Counted from the first letter of the stretch, positions 10,135-20,432 are shown. The stretch is 64,000 nucleotides of DNA from an uncultured candidate division Zixibacteria bacterium (GCA_963806185.1 CAWDXE010000001.1:224001-288000), one strand, 5' to 3'. Notes: generated from the sequence alone by a model not told the origin. Made by a program: numbers and translations.

Positions 10135-13100
10135 ATGATAAAGAGACTTCCCACGCTGTTTATTTGCGTTCTTGTTGCAGTGGCCTTCATTGCTGCTTCC
10201 GTGGATGCAAAATCGAATTTTGACAAAGGCAAGCGTGTCGTCGACGAGCGGACCAATAAAGTCACGACCTTCAGCTTCTCCGGTAAGCGCCACCTGGTTG
10301 CTCAGGATGACGTACCGGAGCTCCTCACGCCGACCACGTCGAGCGCCGTCCGCTCATCGTTGGGCGTTCCGGCGACTGCCGGACAGTCGGCGTCTCCGGG
10401 ATTTACGGTTGACGTATCGTATAATGACGACCAGTACATTCCGTCGGCCGGTCACCAGGTCGAATGGCGGGGTACGTCGCCGTACGTGCAATTCGCGTAT
10501 GGCAACGCCAATTCGAAGGGAGATATCAGCCGATTCGGCTATAACGTGTATGACCCGGTTCTGGGCAACTGGCCGCGCACGGCGGAAGTTGGCTGCGAGA
10601 TTCAGGGTGCCGGCGATATCGGGACCCAGGTCGACATGTCGCTCAATTCGAGCGGATTTGTGGTGATTGGCGGCGTGGACGGAACGACCACGGCCACCCA
10701 GGACAACCACTTTTTCTTCCAGACGGCGAAGTTCAGCTGTACGTGGGGCACCGGCACGAAGATAGCGGCGAGCCAGTACAATGTGAACTTTTTGACCACG
10801 GCCAACCTGCTGCATCACCCGCGCATAGAGTCGCAGACCTGGGCTGGTCAGACCTACACGCACGTGGTGGCGGTAGAGAGCAAAGTGACGGACCTGACGA
10901 CAGAGTTCCGTCGCAACACGCTGCATTATTTCCGCAAGGTAGGGACGGCACAGGCCGGGACCTGGACCGGTCCGGTCACGCTTGACACGATCGCGTCGTC
11001 GTCCAACTCTCAGCGCGTGAACTGCGCCAGTATCGTAGCCTCCCGCACCTCACCTAAGGTGGCGGTGGTCTATACCGTACCGACGGCCGAAGGTTTGGCG
11101 CATCTGCAACGGTACGACAACGATGTCTACTTTACGGAATCAGATTCCGTGGGCGCGACCTGGGGCGCGCGCGTCAATATGACCAACTACACGCACACGA
11201 CAGCATCATTTACGGCAAACCTCGGTGCTTTTGGTCTGTACGATTCGCAGGGGTTCCTGCACATTTTGTTCAGCGCACAGCCGGTTGATGCTCTTCCGTA
11301 TGCTCCCACGTCGTCCTTCTTCTGGGGAGATTTCTCCTGCTCGCTGTTCCACTGGTCGAAGCGTGTGGCCGGGTCGAATGCCGGCGGCACGATCGCCAAG
11401 GTACACAATGCCGAGTGGGGCATCGACGTTAACACCGAAGTCTGCGGATTCCCGAGCCCGGGTTCTTCTTATCTTGGGTTCTATTCGCTGGCCGAGTGCG
11501 ACGGTCGTTTGTATGCGGTGTTCAGCCAGTACAACGACTACTATGGCAACTTCGGCACGTCGCACATTGACGACTGCGCGGTGGGTGCGTCGGACCGTCT
11601 CTACGCCGCCAACGGTGAAGTCTGCGTAACCGTATCATCCGATCGTGACGGTATGCTCTGGGATGCTGTTCGTAACCTGACGAACACGTATACGCCTAAC
11701 TGCGACTCGGCGGGCGGAACCGGCGGCGAATGCGCCAACGACACGCGCGCCACGGTATCGCGGTACGGAATGAACGTCAATTCGTTTGACACCAATGCGG
11801 TGCACGTGAACCTGACCTGGCCGGGGACGGATCTGATCGTTCCGGCGGGTGGTACGGCCGATTCGATGTTCCTGCATGTCTTCTATACGGCCGACAAGTT
11901 CCCGGCGCCGGGCTGGCGCGATACGACGACCTACAACCGGGCGACGCCGAACCCGCTCAAGTGGATGCGTCTGGCTTGTGTCGATCCTATCAGTGCGCCG
12001 CAGATTCGGGTGTCGCCGAATCTGATCGCCTATCCGGAGTACACCAGGCACAATACGCAGAAGAGCGTGACGGTCACGGTGACCAACGAAGGGAACGAAG
12101 ATCTGCATGTGACCACGATCGGGACGGACAAGGTCAGTCCGATCACGCCGAACTGGCTGGCCACCTCGGTGGGAAGCCTGACGGTCGCGGCGGGTCAATC
12201 GAACACAGGAACGTTTAACGTCCTGCTTAACGGTCCCGGCCTGATCAACAGCCCGGGGACGGTAGTGGCGCTGAACGGTGAAGTGTATTTGTTATCGGAT
12301 GCACCGGCGCCGCGCGACTCGGTATCGATCTTTATCGAGAACTTCCTGGTGGCCGACACGGTGGTGGGTCTGGACTTTGACACGGTGGTGACCTGCGGCG
12401 TGGAGTTGATGGTGGACAACCATGGGAACATGGGCAGCCAGGGTCAGGGCAAGGTCAATCTGGACTTTGTCGGCTCGGGTGAGTGCGACACGTCGGGGGC
12501 GGACACCTACCTGTATGACGGTGGACCGATGTTGATTCGGAACCTGGGTGGTGGTTCGTTTGTGTACAGCAACGCGTTGTTTGAAGATGACTTCAGCACG
12601 GCCCAGTCGTTCAAGCCGTTGACGGGTCCGGTGCCGGCCAGTTTCGTGGGTCCGGCGGGCTCTGACGGTTATTTCACGGGCACCTTTGTGACTCGTGACA
12701 CGGCGGTGGGCATGCAGTTGCGGTACTACGGTCCGACGGACGGTGGCGACAACTGCGACTTCGTCATTCAGCAGATGAAGGTGTTCAAGATGACGCCGGG
12801 GACGCTGACGGGAATCACGGTTGGTCAGGGGATCGACTGGGACATTCGTTCGGACAGCGGTGCGCAGAACTCGTTCAATCGTTCGGGGGTAGCGACCGAC
12901 TCGTCGTTTGTGTACCAGCGTGGTGTGGACACGGGCGCGGTGACCGGTTGCAATCCTGATTCGGGTCGTTATGGCGCCCAGGCGGTGCTGGGGATGTACC
13001 TGAAGTCGGACAGTGTGGCCAACAATTGCGCCACGAGCAACATTTACGGTATGTACGCGCAGTACAATGACACGTTGTTCAAGTACGACACGTTGTCGGA

Positions 13101-13572
13101 GAATCTGGAAGCGAACTTCTACTGGAACGAGATGGGGATCGCCGGCTATCGCAGTCGTGCGGGGGTTCGCGATTTCCATATGATCACGACCTACAAGTAC
13201 AACACGAGTTTGAGCAACACCGACACGTTGACCTGTTGGACGGTGATGACGTCCGTGCGGAACGGGACGTTGACCGATCTGGCGGCCAATGTGGCGGCGG
13301 CCAAGGCCTGGTTCTTTGCTAATCTGCGTCCGGGTTGCGGATCGTGTTGTGTCGGCAGCGTGGGTAATATTGATGGTGACATCACTGACGGCGTTGACGT
13401 TGGTGACCTGACCAAGTTGATCAACAACCTGTTCATCACCTTTGAAGCGATAGCCTGTCCGGCGGAAGCCAACTGTGATGGCGATCCGCTGAACAGTGTC
13501 GACGTAGGTGATTTGACGGCACTGATTAACAACCTGTTTATTACGTTCGCGCCGCTTCCTGCCTGTCAGTAA
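10135..13572 (+). CDS. Large secreted protein, copy 2 (paralog of 6111-9557)
   Basis: Same architecture as copy 1; ATG at 10135 follows RBS aaggag and gives signal peptide MIKRLPTLFICVLVAVAFIAASVDA. Confidence 0.85.
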   Translation: MIKRLPTLFICVLVAVAFIAASVDAKSNFDKGKRVVDERTNKVTTFSFSGKRHLVAQDDVPELLTPTTSSAVRSSLGVPATAGQSASPGFTVDVSYNDDQYIPSAGHQVEWRGTSPYVQFAYGNANSKGDISRFGYNVYDPVLGNWPRTAEVGCEIQGAGDIGTQVDMSLNSSGFVVIGGVDGTTTATQDNHFFFQTAKFSCTWGTGTKIAASQYNVNFLTTANLLHHPRIESQTWAGQTYTHVVAVESKVTDLTTEFRRNTLHYFRKVGTAQAGTWTGPVTLDTIASSSNSQRVNCASIVASRTSPKVAVVYTVPTAEGLAHLQRYDNDVYFTESDSVGATWGARVNMTNYTHTTASFTANLGAFGLYDSQGFLHILFSAQPVDALPYAPTSSFFWGDFSCSLFHWSKRVAGSNAGGTIAKVHNAEWGIDVNTEVCGFPSPGSSYLGFYSLAECDGRLYAVFSQYNDYYGNFGTSHIDDCAVGASDRLYAANGEVCVTVSSDRDGMLWDAVRNLTNTYTPNCDSAGGTGGECANDTRATVSRYGMNVNSFDTNAVHVNLTWPGTDLIVPAGGTADSMFLHVFYTADKFPAPGWRDTTTYNRATPNPLKWMRLACVDPISAPQIRVSPNLIAYPEYTRHNTQKSVTVTVTNEGNEDLHVTTIGTDKVSPITPNWLATSVGSLTVAAGQSNTGTFNVLLNGPGLINSPGTVVALNGEVYLLSDAPAPRDSVSIFIENFLVADTVVGLDFDTVVTCGVELMVDNHGNMGSQGQGKVNLDFVGSGECDTSGADTYLYDGGPMLIRNLGGGSFVYSNALFEDDFSTAQSFKPLTGPVPASFVGPAGSDGYFTGTFVTRDTAVGMQLRYYGPTDGGDNCDFVIQQMKVFKMTPGTLTGITVGQGIDWDIRSDSGAQNSFNRSGVATDSSFVYQRGVDTGAVTGCNPDSGRYGAQAVLGMYLKSDSVANNCATSNIYGMYAQYNDTLFKYDTLSENLEANFYWNEMGIAGYRSRAGVRDFHMITTYKYNTSLSNTDTLTCWTVMTSVRNGTLTDLAANVAAAKAWFFANLRPGCGSCCVGSVGNIDGDITDGVDVGDLTKLINNLFITFEAIACPAEANCDGDPLNSVDVGDLTALINNLFITFAPLPACQ

Positions 13573-13643
13573 GCAGTCGAACCGATAGACGGTGACGATG
13601 AGATACGGCCACCTCCCCCCGGGGGTGGCCGTACGTGTTTGCG
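10222..13643 (+). repeat. ~3.4-kb direct repeat, copy 2
   Basis: See copy 1; divergent patch at about 10999-11672. Confidence 0.95.
13604..13640. terminator. Hairpin between copy 2 and the convergent zinc-ribbon gene
   Basis: Same GC-rich stem as at 9589; lies between convergent stop codons. Confidence 0.55.
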
Positions 13644-13664
13644 GGAAGAGCCCCGGGAGCGCTC

Positions 13665-15056
13665 TCAAACCCTCACAGCAGCGCGCTCGACGGTGACGGC
13701 CCCCACAAGGGAATCCACCCAGAAATAGCTTTCCTGGTGAAACGGCAGGTATACGAGTTGCCAAGCCGTGGGCATGAACTTGGCGGCCAATAACGTCGAC
13801 TGTCTCTCGATGGCGGCCCGGGTGAGCAGGGCATCGGCCAGATTGATCGCCTCATCATATGACACCGTCACGGGCGGGAGCTTGGACGGTACCTCGTCGG
13901 AGAGTCCCCGCGAGATCAAGTCAGCGCCGGAGGCACGACGGACCAGTCGGAAGGCGGCTTCAACGTTGGGCATCTCGAAGGCCGGGAGCATCAGCCACTC
14001 CGGCGGATATTGATAGCCGAAGAATCGCATGATTTCCTTCCGATCGAGATCGCGAATCTGAAATGCCCAAAACGGGAGATACGAATCACCGGTGAAGCCC
14101 GGCAGGCAGTGAGCCGAAGTGACTGTGCCGGCACAGTTGCCGAGAAGAGTCCAGCGACCGCAGCTCGCGCAATGGTACACGAGTGAAACGGTTGATTCAA
14201 AATCGGTTCCGCAGGTAGCACAGCAAAGGGATTCAACAATGACAGTCTGGACCGGGGTATTCACGGTGGGCGGTTCCGGCCCGGATACATTTTGGTCAGG
14301 TTGTTCAGCGCACGAGACCACATTGCCGGTAACACCATCGACGATAAGTCGAAAGGCACTGGACGAATAGCACTCGGCCACCATATACGGAAAGTGGATT
14401 AGTGAAAAGACAGGATTGAGAAGTTCAGTCCGATTGACGCCGGAACCGGGCGAGTCCAGCGAATCGAGCCGATCCAGACCGGTTCGGATTCTCGTGGCCG
14501 CCTCCTCCCTCGGGCGAACGACCGACAAGACATCAAACGCGGCTTCCCGATACGGCTCCGCAAAGGGAAACAGCTTAAGGTATGCGGCGCGCAAACCGAG
14601 CGTATCAGGAAAGTCAGCCGATCCCGCACCGGCGGCTATGGCGTTTACGTAGGGAGTCAGGCTGACCGTGCGAACGTTTTGAGTCTCCTCCACGTCAGCG
14701 GATGGATCGATCTCGTTGGCGTGGATGCGCGTGACACTGGAGTTACGGATCTTGAGAAGCGAAGCGTCGATTTTCCAGTACGGGTAGTACACCCATTTCA
14801 TCAGGAGGTCATGGCCCGTGAGGGGCAAGCCGTGTTCCTTGAGATAGCGATCAATCAGAAACCGGAGTTGTGATTCGGTCCTGGTGACGCGCGCCACCCA
14901 AGCCGCTGCCCCCTGGGGCATGACAATGCGCAGGGAGGCGCCACAATGGGCACAGCGGGTCGCGCGGATGGAATCCAGGAATTCCAATTCAGCGCCGCAG
15001 CCGGGGCAGGTGCAACCGAAAACGAGTCCGGCGTCAGGCCGACGTTGAATCGCCAT
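13665..15056 (-). CDS. Zinc-ribbon protein of unknown function (two CxxC...CxxC units, internal repeat; YdjG-like)
   Basis: CPGCGA...CAHCG at the N-terminus and CATCG...CASCG internally; repeated Y[YL]P[YF]W and [LI]x[HY]xP[YF]...VD motifs. Confidence 0.7.
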   Translation of the reverse strand: MAIQRRPDAGLVFGCTCPGCGAELEFLDSIRATRCAHCGASLRIVMPQGAAAWVARVTRTESQLRFLIDRYLKEHGLPLTGHDLLMKWVYYPYWKIDASLLKIRNSSVTRIHANEIDPSADVEETQNVRTVSLTPYVNAIAAGAGSADFPDTLGLRAAYLKLFPFAEPYREAAFDVLSVVRPREEAATRIRTGLDRLDSLDSPGSGVNRTELLNPVFSLIHFPYMVAECYSSSAFRLIVDGVTGNVVSCAEQPDQNVSGPEPPTVNTPVQTVIVESLCCATCGTDFESTVSLVYHCASCGRWTLLGNCAGTVTSAHCLPGFTGDSYLPFWAFQIRDLDRKEIMRFFGYQYPPEWLMLPAFEMPNVEAAFRLVRRASGADLISRGLSDEVPSKLPPVTVSYDEAINLADALLTRAAIERQSTLLAAKFMPTAWQLVYLPFHQESYFWVDSLVGAVTVERAAVRV

Positions 15057-16168
15057 TGTTCACCGACGTTGCCACAATTTCCACAGAACTTGGAGCCGGG
15101 GATCAACTCGGCTTTGCAATTGGGGCAATGCACCTTTTCATCCAGGCGATGACCGCAATAGAGGCAGAAATTCGCCTCGGTAGGAATTTCCCGCTGACAA
15201 GCGAGGCAGCGATTCTGAGCCACCATCGGGTGGCCGCAGCGGTAGCAATACCGTGATTGTTCCGGAGTATCGGTATGGCACTTGGGACAGGTGACGGTGG
15301 CTACCGGCTCGCGCCTGAGTTCTGTCTGATCGGGCGAGAAGACCTTGGTCATGAGACTAGGCAGCATGACACCGACTCCAGCCGCCATGCCGATACCCGC
15401 ACCGGTGCCTGCGGCGCCACCGGTAGCCCCCAGTCCTTTCGCCATCTCGTATTTCATGAACTTGTCGAGGTCACCTACCGCCTCAATGCCGGAGCGCTGG
15501 TCGATCATCTGCCCTACTTCATCCGGCGGAGTGATCGAGGAGATGAAGAAATCGACGAGGGTCAGGCCGTACTTTTCGAATTCGACTCGAACGATGTCTT
15601 TGAAGTTTTCGGCCAGTTCAGTATACTTGGCCGGCAATTCGAGAAGGGTATCGAGCGTCTCGCCAAGCAGGTCGTTCATCCGGGCGACGATGACGTCGCG
15701 GAGGTAGTCCTGTATGTCCGACGTCGTGTACTTCGCCTGACGGCCGACGATGGAATTCAGGAACAGCATCGGTTGAGTGATGCGCATGGTGAAGGCTCCG
15801 TGGCCACGGAGACGAACCAGGCCGAGTTTACTGTCCTTGAAAGTGACAGGCAGTTTGGTCCCCCATTTGAGTTCGGTAAATGTCTTGAGGTTAACGAAGT
15901 AGACCTCGGCCCGAAAGGGCGAGGTGAAGCCAAAGGGGAACGAAAGCAAGCGAGTGAGTATTGGGATGTTCAAGGACGAAAGGGTATGGCGTCCAGTGGT
16001 GAAGGAATCGCAGGCGTGGCCGTCCTTGAAGAAGATCGCCATCTGACTGTCGCGGACGATGAGTTGTGCGCCGAGTTTGAAATCGGCTGATCCCTCCTGC
16101 GGCAGACGATAGATCATTTCTTTGCCGGTCGGATCGACCCATTCGATGACTTCGATCAAAAGTGACAT
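14855..16168 (-). CDS. SPFH/band-7 domain protein with C-terminal double zinc ribbons (YdjI-like)
   Basis: Start [10 protein letters not shown] after RBS gaaggag; [25 protein letters not shown] motifs; three CxxC-x10-CxxC units. The last ~65 codons overlap the next gene and may be read-through. Confidence 0.85.
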   Translation of the reverse strand: MSLLIEVIEWVDPTGKEMIYRLPQEGSADFKLGAQLIVRDSQMAIFFKDGHACDSFTTGRHTLSSLNIPILTRLLSFPFGFTSPFRAEVYFVNLKTFTELKWGTKLPVTFKDSKLGLVRLRGHGAFTMRITQPMLFLNSIVGRQAKYTTSDIQDYLRDVIVARMNDLLGETLDTLLELPAKYTELAENFKDIVRVEFEKYGLTLVDFFISSITPPDEVGQMIDQRSGIEAVGDLDKFMKYEMAKGLGATGGAAGTGAGIGMAAGVGVMLPSLMTKVFSPDQTELRREPVATVTCPKCHTDTPEQSRYCYRCGHPMVAQNRCLACQREIPTEANFCLYCGHRLDEKVHCPNCKAELIPGSKFCGNCGNVGEQWRFNVGLTPDSFSVAPAPAAALNWNSWIPSARPAVPIVAPPCALSCPRGQRLGWRASPGPNHNSGF

Positions 16169-16333
16169 GGCTGCTCCTTCAATACTGTAACTGCTTGCTA
16201 TATGGCCGTTTTCGGCAATTCGCGGCGATATTAGACTTGCCTCGGCGACGGTCCGGGGGTGTCCTTTTCGCTTGTGGCATATGCAGGTTGGGCCTGTAGA
16301 ATTGGGAAACTTCTGACCGAGGTAGCGGGTTAA

Positions 16334-16939
16334 GTGGGGAGTGAAAGCGTACAATCTTGTAACAGAAGATACTACGAATGGAACGATCAGATCGAGAATC
16401 TTCAGAAGATGTATCACGACCTCCTGGTCGGCGTCGGTGAGGATGTCAGTCGCGAAGGGCTGGTCAAGACCCCCGAACGGGCAGCCCGGGCAATAGAGTT
16501 TCTGACCCGTGGCTACACGCAAGATGTCGAAGAGATCATTAACGACGCCTATTTCCAGTCGGATACTGACGAGATGATCCTGGTAAAGGATATCGAATTG
16601 TACTCGTTGTGCGAACATCATCTTCTGCCCTTCATCGGAAAGTGTCATGTGGCGTACATGCCCATGGGGCGAATCATCGGTCTGTCGAAGATTGCGCGGA
16701 TTGTGGACGTCTTCGCGCGACGTCTTCAGGTTCAGGAACGTCTGACCAAGCAGATAGCAGACACCTTGATGACCCATCTGGGGGCACGCGGCGTTGCCGT
16801 GGTGATCGAGGCTCAGCATTTGTGCATGATGATGCGAGGTGTGGAAAAACAGAATTCAGTGATGAAGACCTCGTGTTTGCTGGGCGCATTTCGCAATTCC
16901 CCGTCGACCCGAGCGGAGTTCCTCAGTCTGATCAAGTAG
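16334..16939 (+). CDS. folE: GTP cyclohydrolase I
   Basis: [48 protein letters not shown]. Exact start uncertain. Confidence 0.97.
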   Translation: MGSESVQSCNRRYYEWNDQIENLQKMYHDLLVGVGEDVSREGLVKTPERAARAIEFLTRGYTQDVEEIINDAYFQSDTDEMILVKDIELYSLCEHHLLPFIGKCHVAYMPMGRIIGLSKIARIVDVFARRLQVQERLTKQIADTLMTHLGARGVAVVIEAQHLCMMMRGVEKQNSVMKTSCLLGAFRNSPSTRAEFLSLIK

Positions 16940-16974
16940 GAGTTCGACAACCGTCGCGTTGACACGAAAGCATC

Positions 16975-18225
16975 ATGCTGTTTACACTGAGCAAGCGGTT
17001 CGAATTGTCCTCATCGCGGCGGCTATTTCTGCCTGATCGGTCGAGTGAACAAAACGCCCGCCTCTACGGCGGCAGCGCCGCCGGTCAATGGGGGCAAGGG
17101 TGCAATTACGTGGTCAGCCCGGTGTTCAGCGGACCGATCGATCAGGCGACGGGCATGTTGATGAACGTATCGGAGGTGAAGCAGCGAGTCAACAGCCTGC
17201 TGAACGAACGGTACGATCACCGGTATCTGAATATGGATACCACACCATTTGACAGCATCCCCCCCACGCCGGAACTGGTCGCGCGGCAGATTCTACAGGA
17301 GATTCAACCGATATTCGCCGACAGCCCGGCAAGGCCGGTAGCGGTACACCTGATGGAATCACCAGAGAGCGGGGCTACCGCCTATCTCGACGGGCGGATC
17401 GAGCGTGATATTTGGCTTGATTTCTCGGCGGCGCGGCGGACTTGGTCACCTCATTTGTCCAGAGAGGAAAATGAAAAGCTGTTCGGTATATCGGCCCGGC
17501 CCAATGGCCACGGTCACAACTATCGCCTCAGGATGGTGTTGAGCGGCACGTGGCACGAGGCGGAAGGAATCGTCATTGAGCAGCAGGAGATTGACAGTGC
17601 GGTGGCCTCGATCCGAGAGAAATTCGATCATCAACACTTGAATCTCGACGTACCGGAGTTGAAGGGGCAACCGGTGACGACGGAGACGCTGGCCCGACTG
17701 ATCTATCGGCTGGCGCATTTTGCTCTGCCGGTGGTTCGCGTGCAATTGTACGAATTACCCTGGTTCTTTGTGGAGCATCGGTCGGACAACTCGTTCAGCC
17801 TGGGGTATGAGAATTCATTCAGTGCGGCACACCGACTTCACTCGAATTACCTGTCGGAGGAAGCTAACCGGACAGTGTACGGGAAGTGCAACAATCCGAA
17901 CGGCCATGGGCATCACTATCGAGTGGAGATGACGATCGGCGGGCCGTTTGACGAACGGTCGGGGACACTTTTTGACCTGGGGCGGGCCGCGAGCGGCTTC
18001 GAGCGAGTGATTACACCATGGCGGAACAGACATCTCGACGTGGAGACCGAAGATTTCAAAAGTGTACCCTCAACGGGCGAGAACATCGCTGAACGGCTAT
18101 GGGAGAAGCTGGACGGCGCATACGGTGGTCGGCTGACCCGGCTGCGGTTGTGGGAGACCATGAACAATCGATTCACGCTTCGGAATTACGGCCTGCCGGC
18201 GCCATCAATCATGCAAAATATCTAG
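16975..18225 (+). CDS. Triple-domain 6-pyruvoyl-tetrahydropterin synthase (PTPS/QueD T-fold family)
   Basis: Three tandem ~135-aa PTPS repeats; the third carries FSAAHRL...GKCNNPNGHGH and WET. Confidence 0.88.
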   Translation: MLFTLSKRFELSSSRRLFLPDRSSEQNARLYGGSAAGQWGQGCNYVVSPVFSGPIDQATGMLMNVSEVKQRVNSLLNERYDHRYLNMDTTPFDSIPPTPELVARQILQEIQPIFADSPARPVAVHLMESPESGATAYLDGRIERDIWLDFSAARRTWSPHLSREENEKLFGISARPNGHGHNYRLRMVLSGTWHEAEGIVIEQQEIDSAVASIREKFDHQHLNLDVPELKGQPVTTETLARLIYRLAHFALPVVRVQLYELPWFFVEHRSDNSFSLGYENSFSAAHRLHSNYLSEEANRTVYGKCNNPNGHGHHYRVEMTIGGPFDERSGTLFDLGRAASGFERVITPWRNRHLDVETEDFKSVPSTGENIAERLWEKLDGAYGGRLTRLRLWETMNNRFTLRNYGLPAPSIMQNI

Positions 18226-18244
18226 CGGCCAAGGATATTCACAC

Positions 18245-18940
18245 GTGCAGCGAATACTCATCACGGGAGCGAGCAAAGGGATCGGGAGGGCAATCGCCGA
18301 GCGACTGGCGTCGCCGGGACGGGAACTGCTGATCCACGGACGGGATGCAGGTCGTCTCGAGGAAACGGGACGCCTGGTTGAGAAGCACGGCGGGACGGCC
18401 ACCATGATTCTGTGCGATTTGTCTCGTCCGAGCGAGACGGTCAGGTTGGTGGAAGCAGTTAACGGCCGACCGGTGCATTGCCTTGTCAATAATGCCGGTT
18501 TGGGTCATACCGGACCGCTTGAAAAGATAACTCCGGAGCAATGGCAGGCCATGTTTGACGTCAATGTCACGGGGCCATTCCTCCTGGCACAGGGGCTGGT
18601 GGGGCAGATGCCCAGAGGGAGCCTGATCATCAACATCATTTCGGCGGCGGCGAAGAACATCTTCCCGGGCTGGGGCGCGTATACCATGACCAAATGCGCG
18701 CTCGACGGTTTCGCCAAGGTGATGCGAGAGGAGCTTCGCCCGCGAGGTATACGGGTAGTCAATCTGTATCCGGGAGCCACTGACACCGACATCTGGCGGG
18801 ACGTAGACGGGCCGTTTGTCCGAGACAAGATGATGGCAGCCCGCAACACGGCTGACGCGGTCGCGTTTGTGCTTGACCGGCCCGAAGGGGTACTGGTCGA
18901 GGACATTACACTTTCGAATCTTGGGGCGATTACGGAATAG
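18245..18940 (+). CDS. SDR oxidoreductase, candidate sepiapterin reductase
   Basis: TGASKGIG, NNAG and YTMTK motifs; directly follows folE and PTPS. Confidence 0.8.
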   Translation: MQRILITGASKGIGRAIAERLASPGRELLIHGRDAGRLEETGRLVEKHGGTATMILCDLSRPSETVRLVEAVNGRPVHCLVNNAGLGHTGPLEKITPEQWQAMFDVNVTGPFLLAQGLVGQMPRGSLIINIISAAAKNIFPGWGAYTMTKCALDGFAKVMREELRPRGIRVVNLYPGATDTDIWRDVDGPFVRDKMMAARNTADAVAFVLDRPEGVLVEDITLSNLGAITE

Positions 18941-19124
18941 CCGTACCACATAGCTTTCCCCTGCATGGATGAGCTGTAGTGACTACACCCGCGCTCTCTG
19001 GTCTCATCCTCCATCCGGGGATTCTTAAGAGAACTTCTCAAAATCAAATTCCGGGCGCCGGGCGTCAAGAATCCGGCACGGGATTCGGAGGTGGGCTAAC
19101 TGCGTGAGTGGCTTGCTATTCGGC

Positions 19125-19154
19125 TTGACAAGACCGACGAATCTGTTCTATCTT
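19125..19154 (+). promoter_or_regulatory. Possible sigma-70 promoter of the liv operon
   Basis: TTGACA, 18-nt spacer, TATCTT, about 40 nt before the start codon. Confidence 0.4.
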
Positions 19155-19196
19155 CACGCGTGAACCAGCAACCCTGATTATAGGACTACCAGACAT

Positions 19197-20342
19197 ATGA
19201 AAAATCTCATCGGCTTTGTGCTTAGCGTTTGCCTGCTGGCATTGGCTTTCGGCTGTTCCGGAGGTGGGTCGGGTACGGACGCGAATGTAATCCCGGTCGG
19301 AGAATACTCATCGCTGACGGGGACCACGGCGACGTTTGGGCAGTCGACACACCGAGGGGTGGAGATGGCGGTCCAGGAAACGAATGCTTCCGGCGGAGTG
19401 CTCGGCAAGCAGGTGAAGTTGCTTACGGAGGACACGCAATCAAAGCCGGAAGAAGCGGCGCTGGCCGTGACCAAGTTGATTACACGCGATGGCGTGAAGG
19501 CGTTGATCGGGGAAGTGGCGTCGTCGCGGAGTCTGGCCGCGGCGCCGATTGCCCAGGCTAATAAGATTCCGATGATCTCCCCCGGGTCGACAAACCCTGA
19601 GGTGACCAAAAAGGGCGACTACATTTTCCGCGTCTGTTATATCGATCCGTTTCAGGGGCAGGTGATTGCCAAGTTCGTGGCCAACTCGCTCAACTTGAAG
19701 CAGGTGGGAATTCTGCGCGACGTCAAGAATGATTACTCCGTAGGGCTGGCCGATTACTTCACCCAGACATTCGCGGCATCGGGCGGCAAGGTGGTGGCAG
19801 ACCAGGCATATAGTGAAGGCGATACTGACTTCAAGGCGCAGTTGACGGCGATCAAAGCGTCGAGTCCGGAAGCGGTAATCGTTCCCGGTTACTATCAGGA
19901 AGCGGCGCTCATTGTGAAACAAGCGCGTGAGTTGGGTATGACGATACCGTTTATCGGCGGCGACGGATGGGATTCGGAGAAGCTGATTGAAATCGGCGGC
20001 GAAGCGATGAACGGGACGTATTTCACCAATCATTACAGCCCGGACGATACCAGTCAGATCGTGCAGAATTTCGTGAAGAAATATGAGCAGCAATACGGCC
20101 AGCAGGTTCCCGACGCCATGGCGGCACTGGGGTACGACGCGGCGATGATTTTGTTTGACGCCATGCGTCGCGCGGGTACGGACGAACCGACCAAGGTGCG
20201 CGACGCGCTGGCAGTGACCAAGGATTTTCAGGGGGTGGCGGGCAAGACGACGATAGACGCCGAGCGGAACGCGAGCAAGTCGGCGGTCATCATCGCGATT
20301 GACAACGGTCAACAGCATTTCCGCGAATCGGTTCAACCCTAG
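19197..20342 (+). CDS. Branched-chain amino acid ABC transporter substrate-binding lipoprotein (LivJ/K family)
   Basis: Lipobox AFGC; SLTG, N..GGVLGK, YIFRVC, GGDGW, ALGYDA motifs. Confidence 0.93.
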   Translation: MKNLIGFVLSVCLLALAFGCSGGGSGTDANVIPVGEYSSLTGTTATFGQSTHRGVEMAVQETNASGGVLGKQVKLLTEDTQSKPEEAALAVTKLITRDGVKALIGEVASSRSLAAAPIAQANKIPMISPGSTNPEVTKKGDYIFRVCYIDPFQGQVIAKFVANSLNLKQVGILRDVKNDYSVGLADYFTQTFAASGGKVVADQAYSEGDTDFKAQLTAIKASSPEAVIVPGYYQEAALIVKQARELGMTIPFIGGDGWDSEKLIEIGGEAMNGTYFTNHYSPDDTSQIVQNFVKKYEQQYGQQVPDAMAALGYDAAMILFDAMRRAGTDEPTKVRDALAVTKDFQGVAGKTTIDAERNASKSAVIIAIDNGQQHFRESVQP

Positions 20343-20372
20343 ACTCGACGACGGGCGTTTTTTGCGGGCGGA

Positions 20373-20397
20373 GCCGACGAGAACTGATTTCGTCGGC
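20373..20397 (+). other. Intercistronic hairpin after the binding-protein gene
   Basis: gccgacgaga-actga-tttcgtcggc stem; typical position for a stabiliser/attenuator in ABC operons. Confidence 0.4.
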
Positions 20398-20432
20398 CGG
20401 ACTATCACTTCAAGGACACAGACCACCACGGC

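Noticed and set aside
6980..11672. Diversity-generating retroelement TR/VR pair explaining the variable patch
   Set aside because: Differences are not adenine-specific, include many synonymous changes and span about 700 nt; no reverse transcriptase is in the window.
12292..13764. Long antisense ORFs over the secreted proteins (also 7077-8183, 8277-9164)
   Set aside because: Arg/His-rich shadow frames opposite strongly codon-biased genes, with no recognisable motifs.
14855..16819. 654-aa ORF as a single protein
   Set aside because: Its first ~215 codons are antisense to folE or intergenic; the credible start is the ATG at 16168 with an RBS.
16975..18225. queD of queuosine or 7-deazaguanine DNA-modification pathways
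   Set aside because: The motif spacing is CX5HGH, and there are no queC/queE/dpd genes adjacent.
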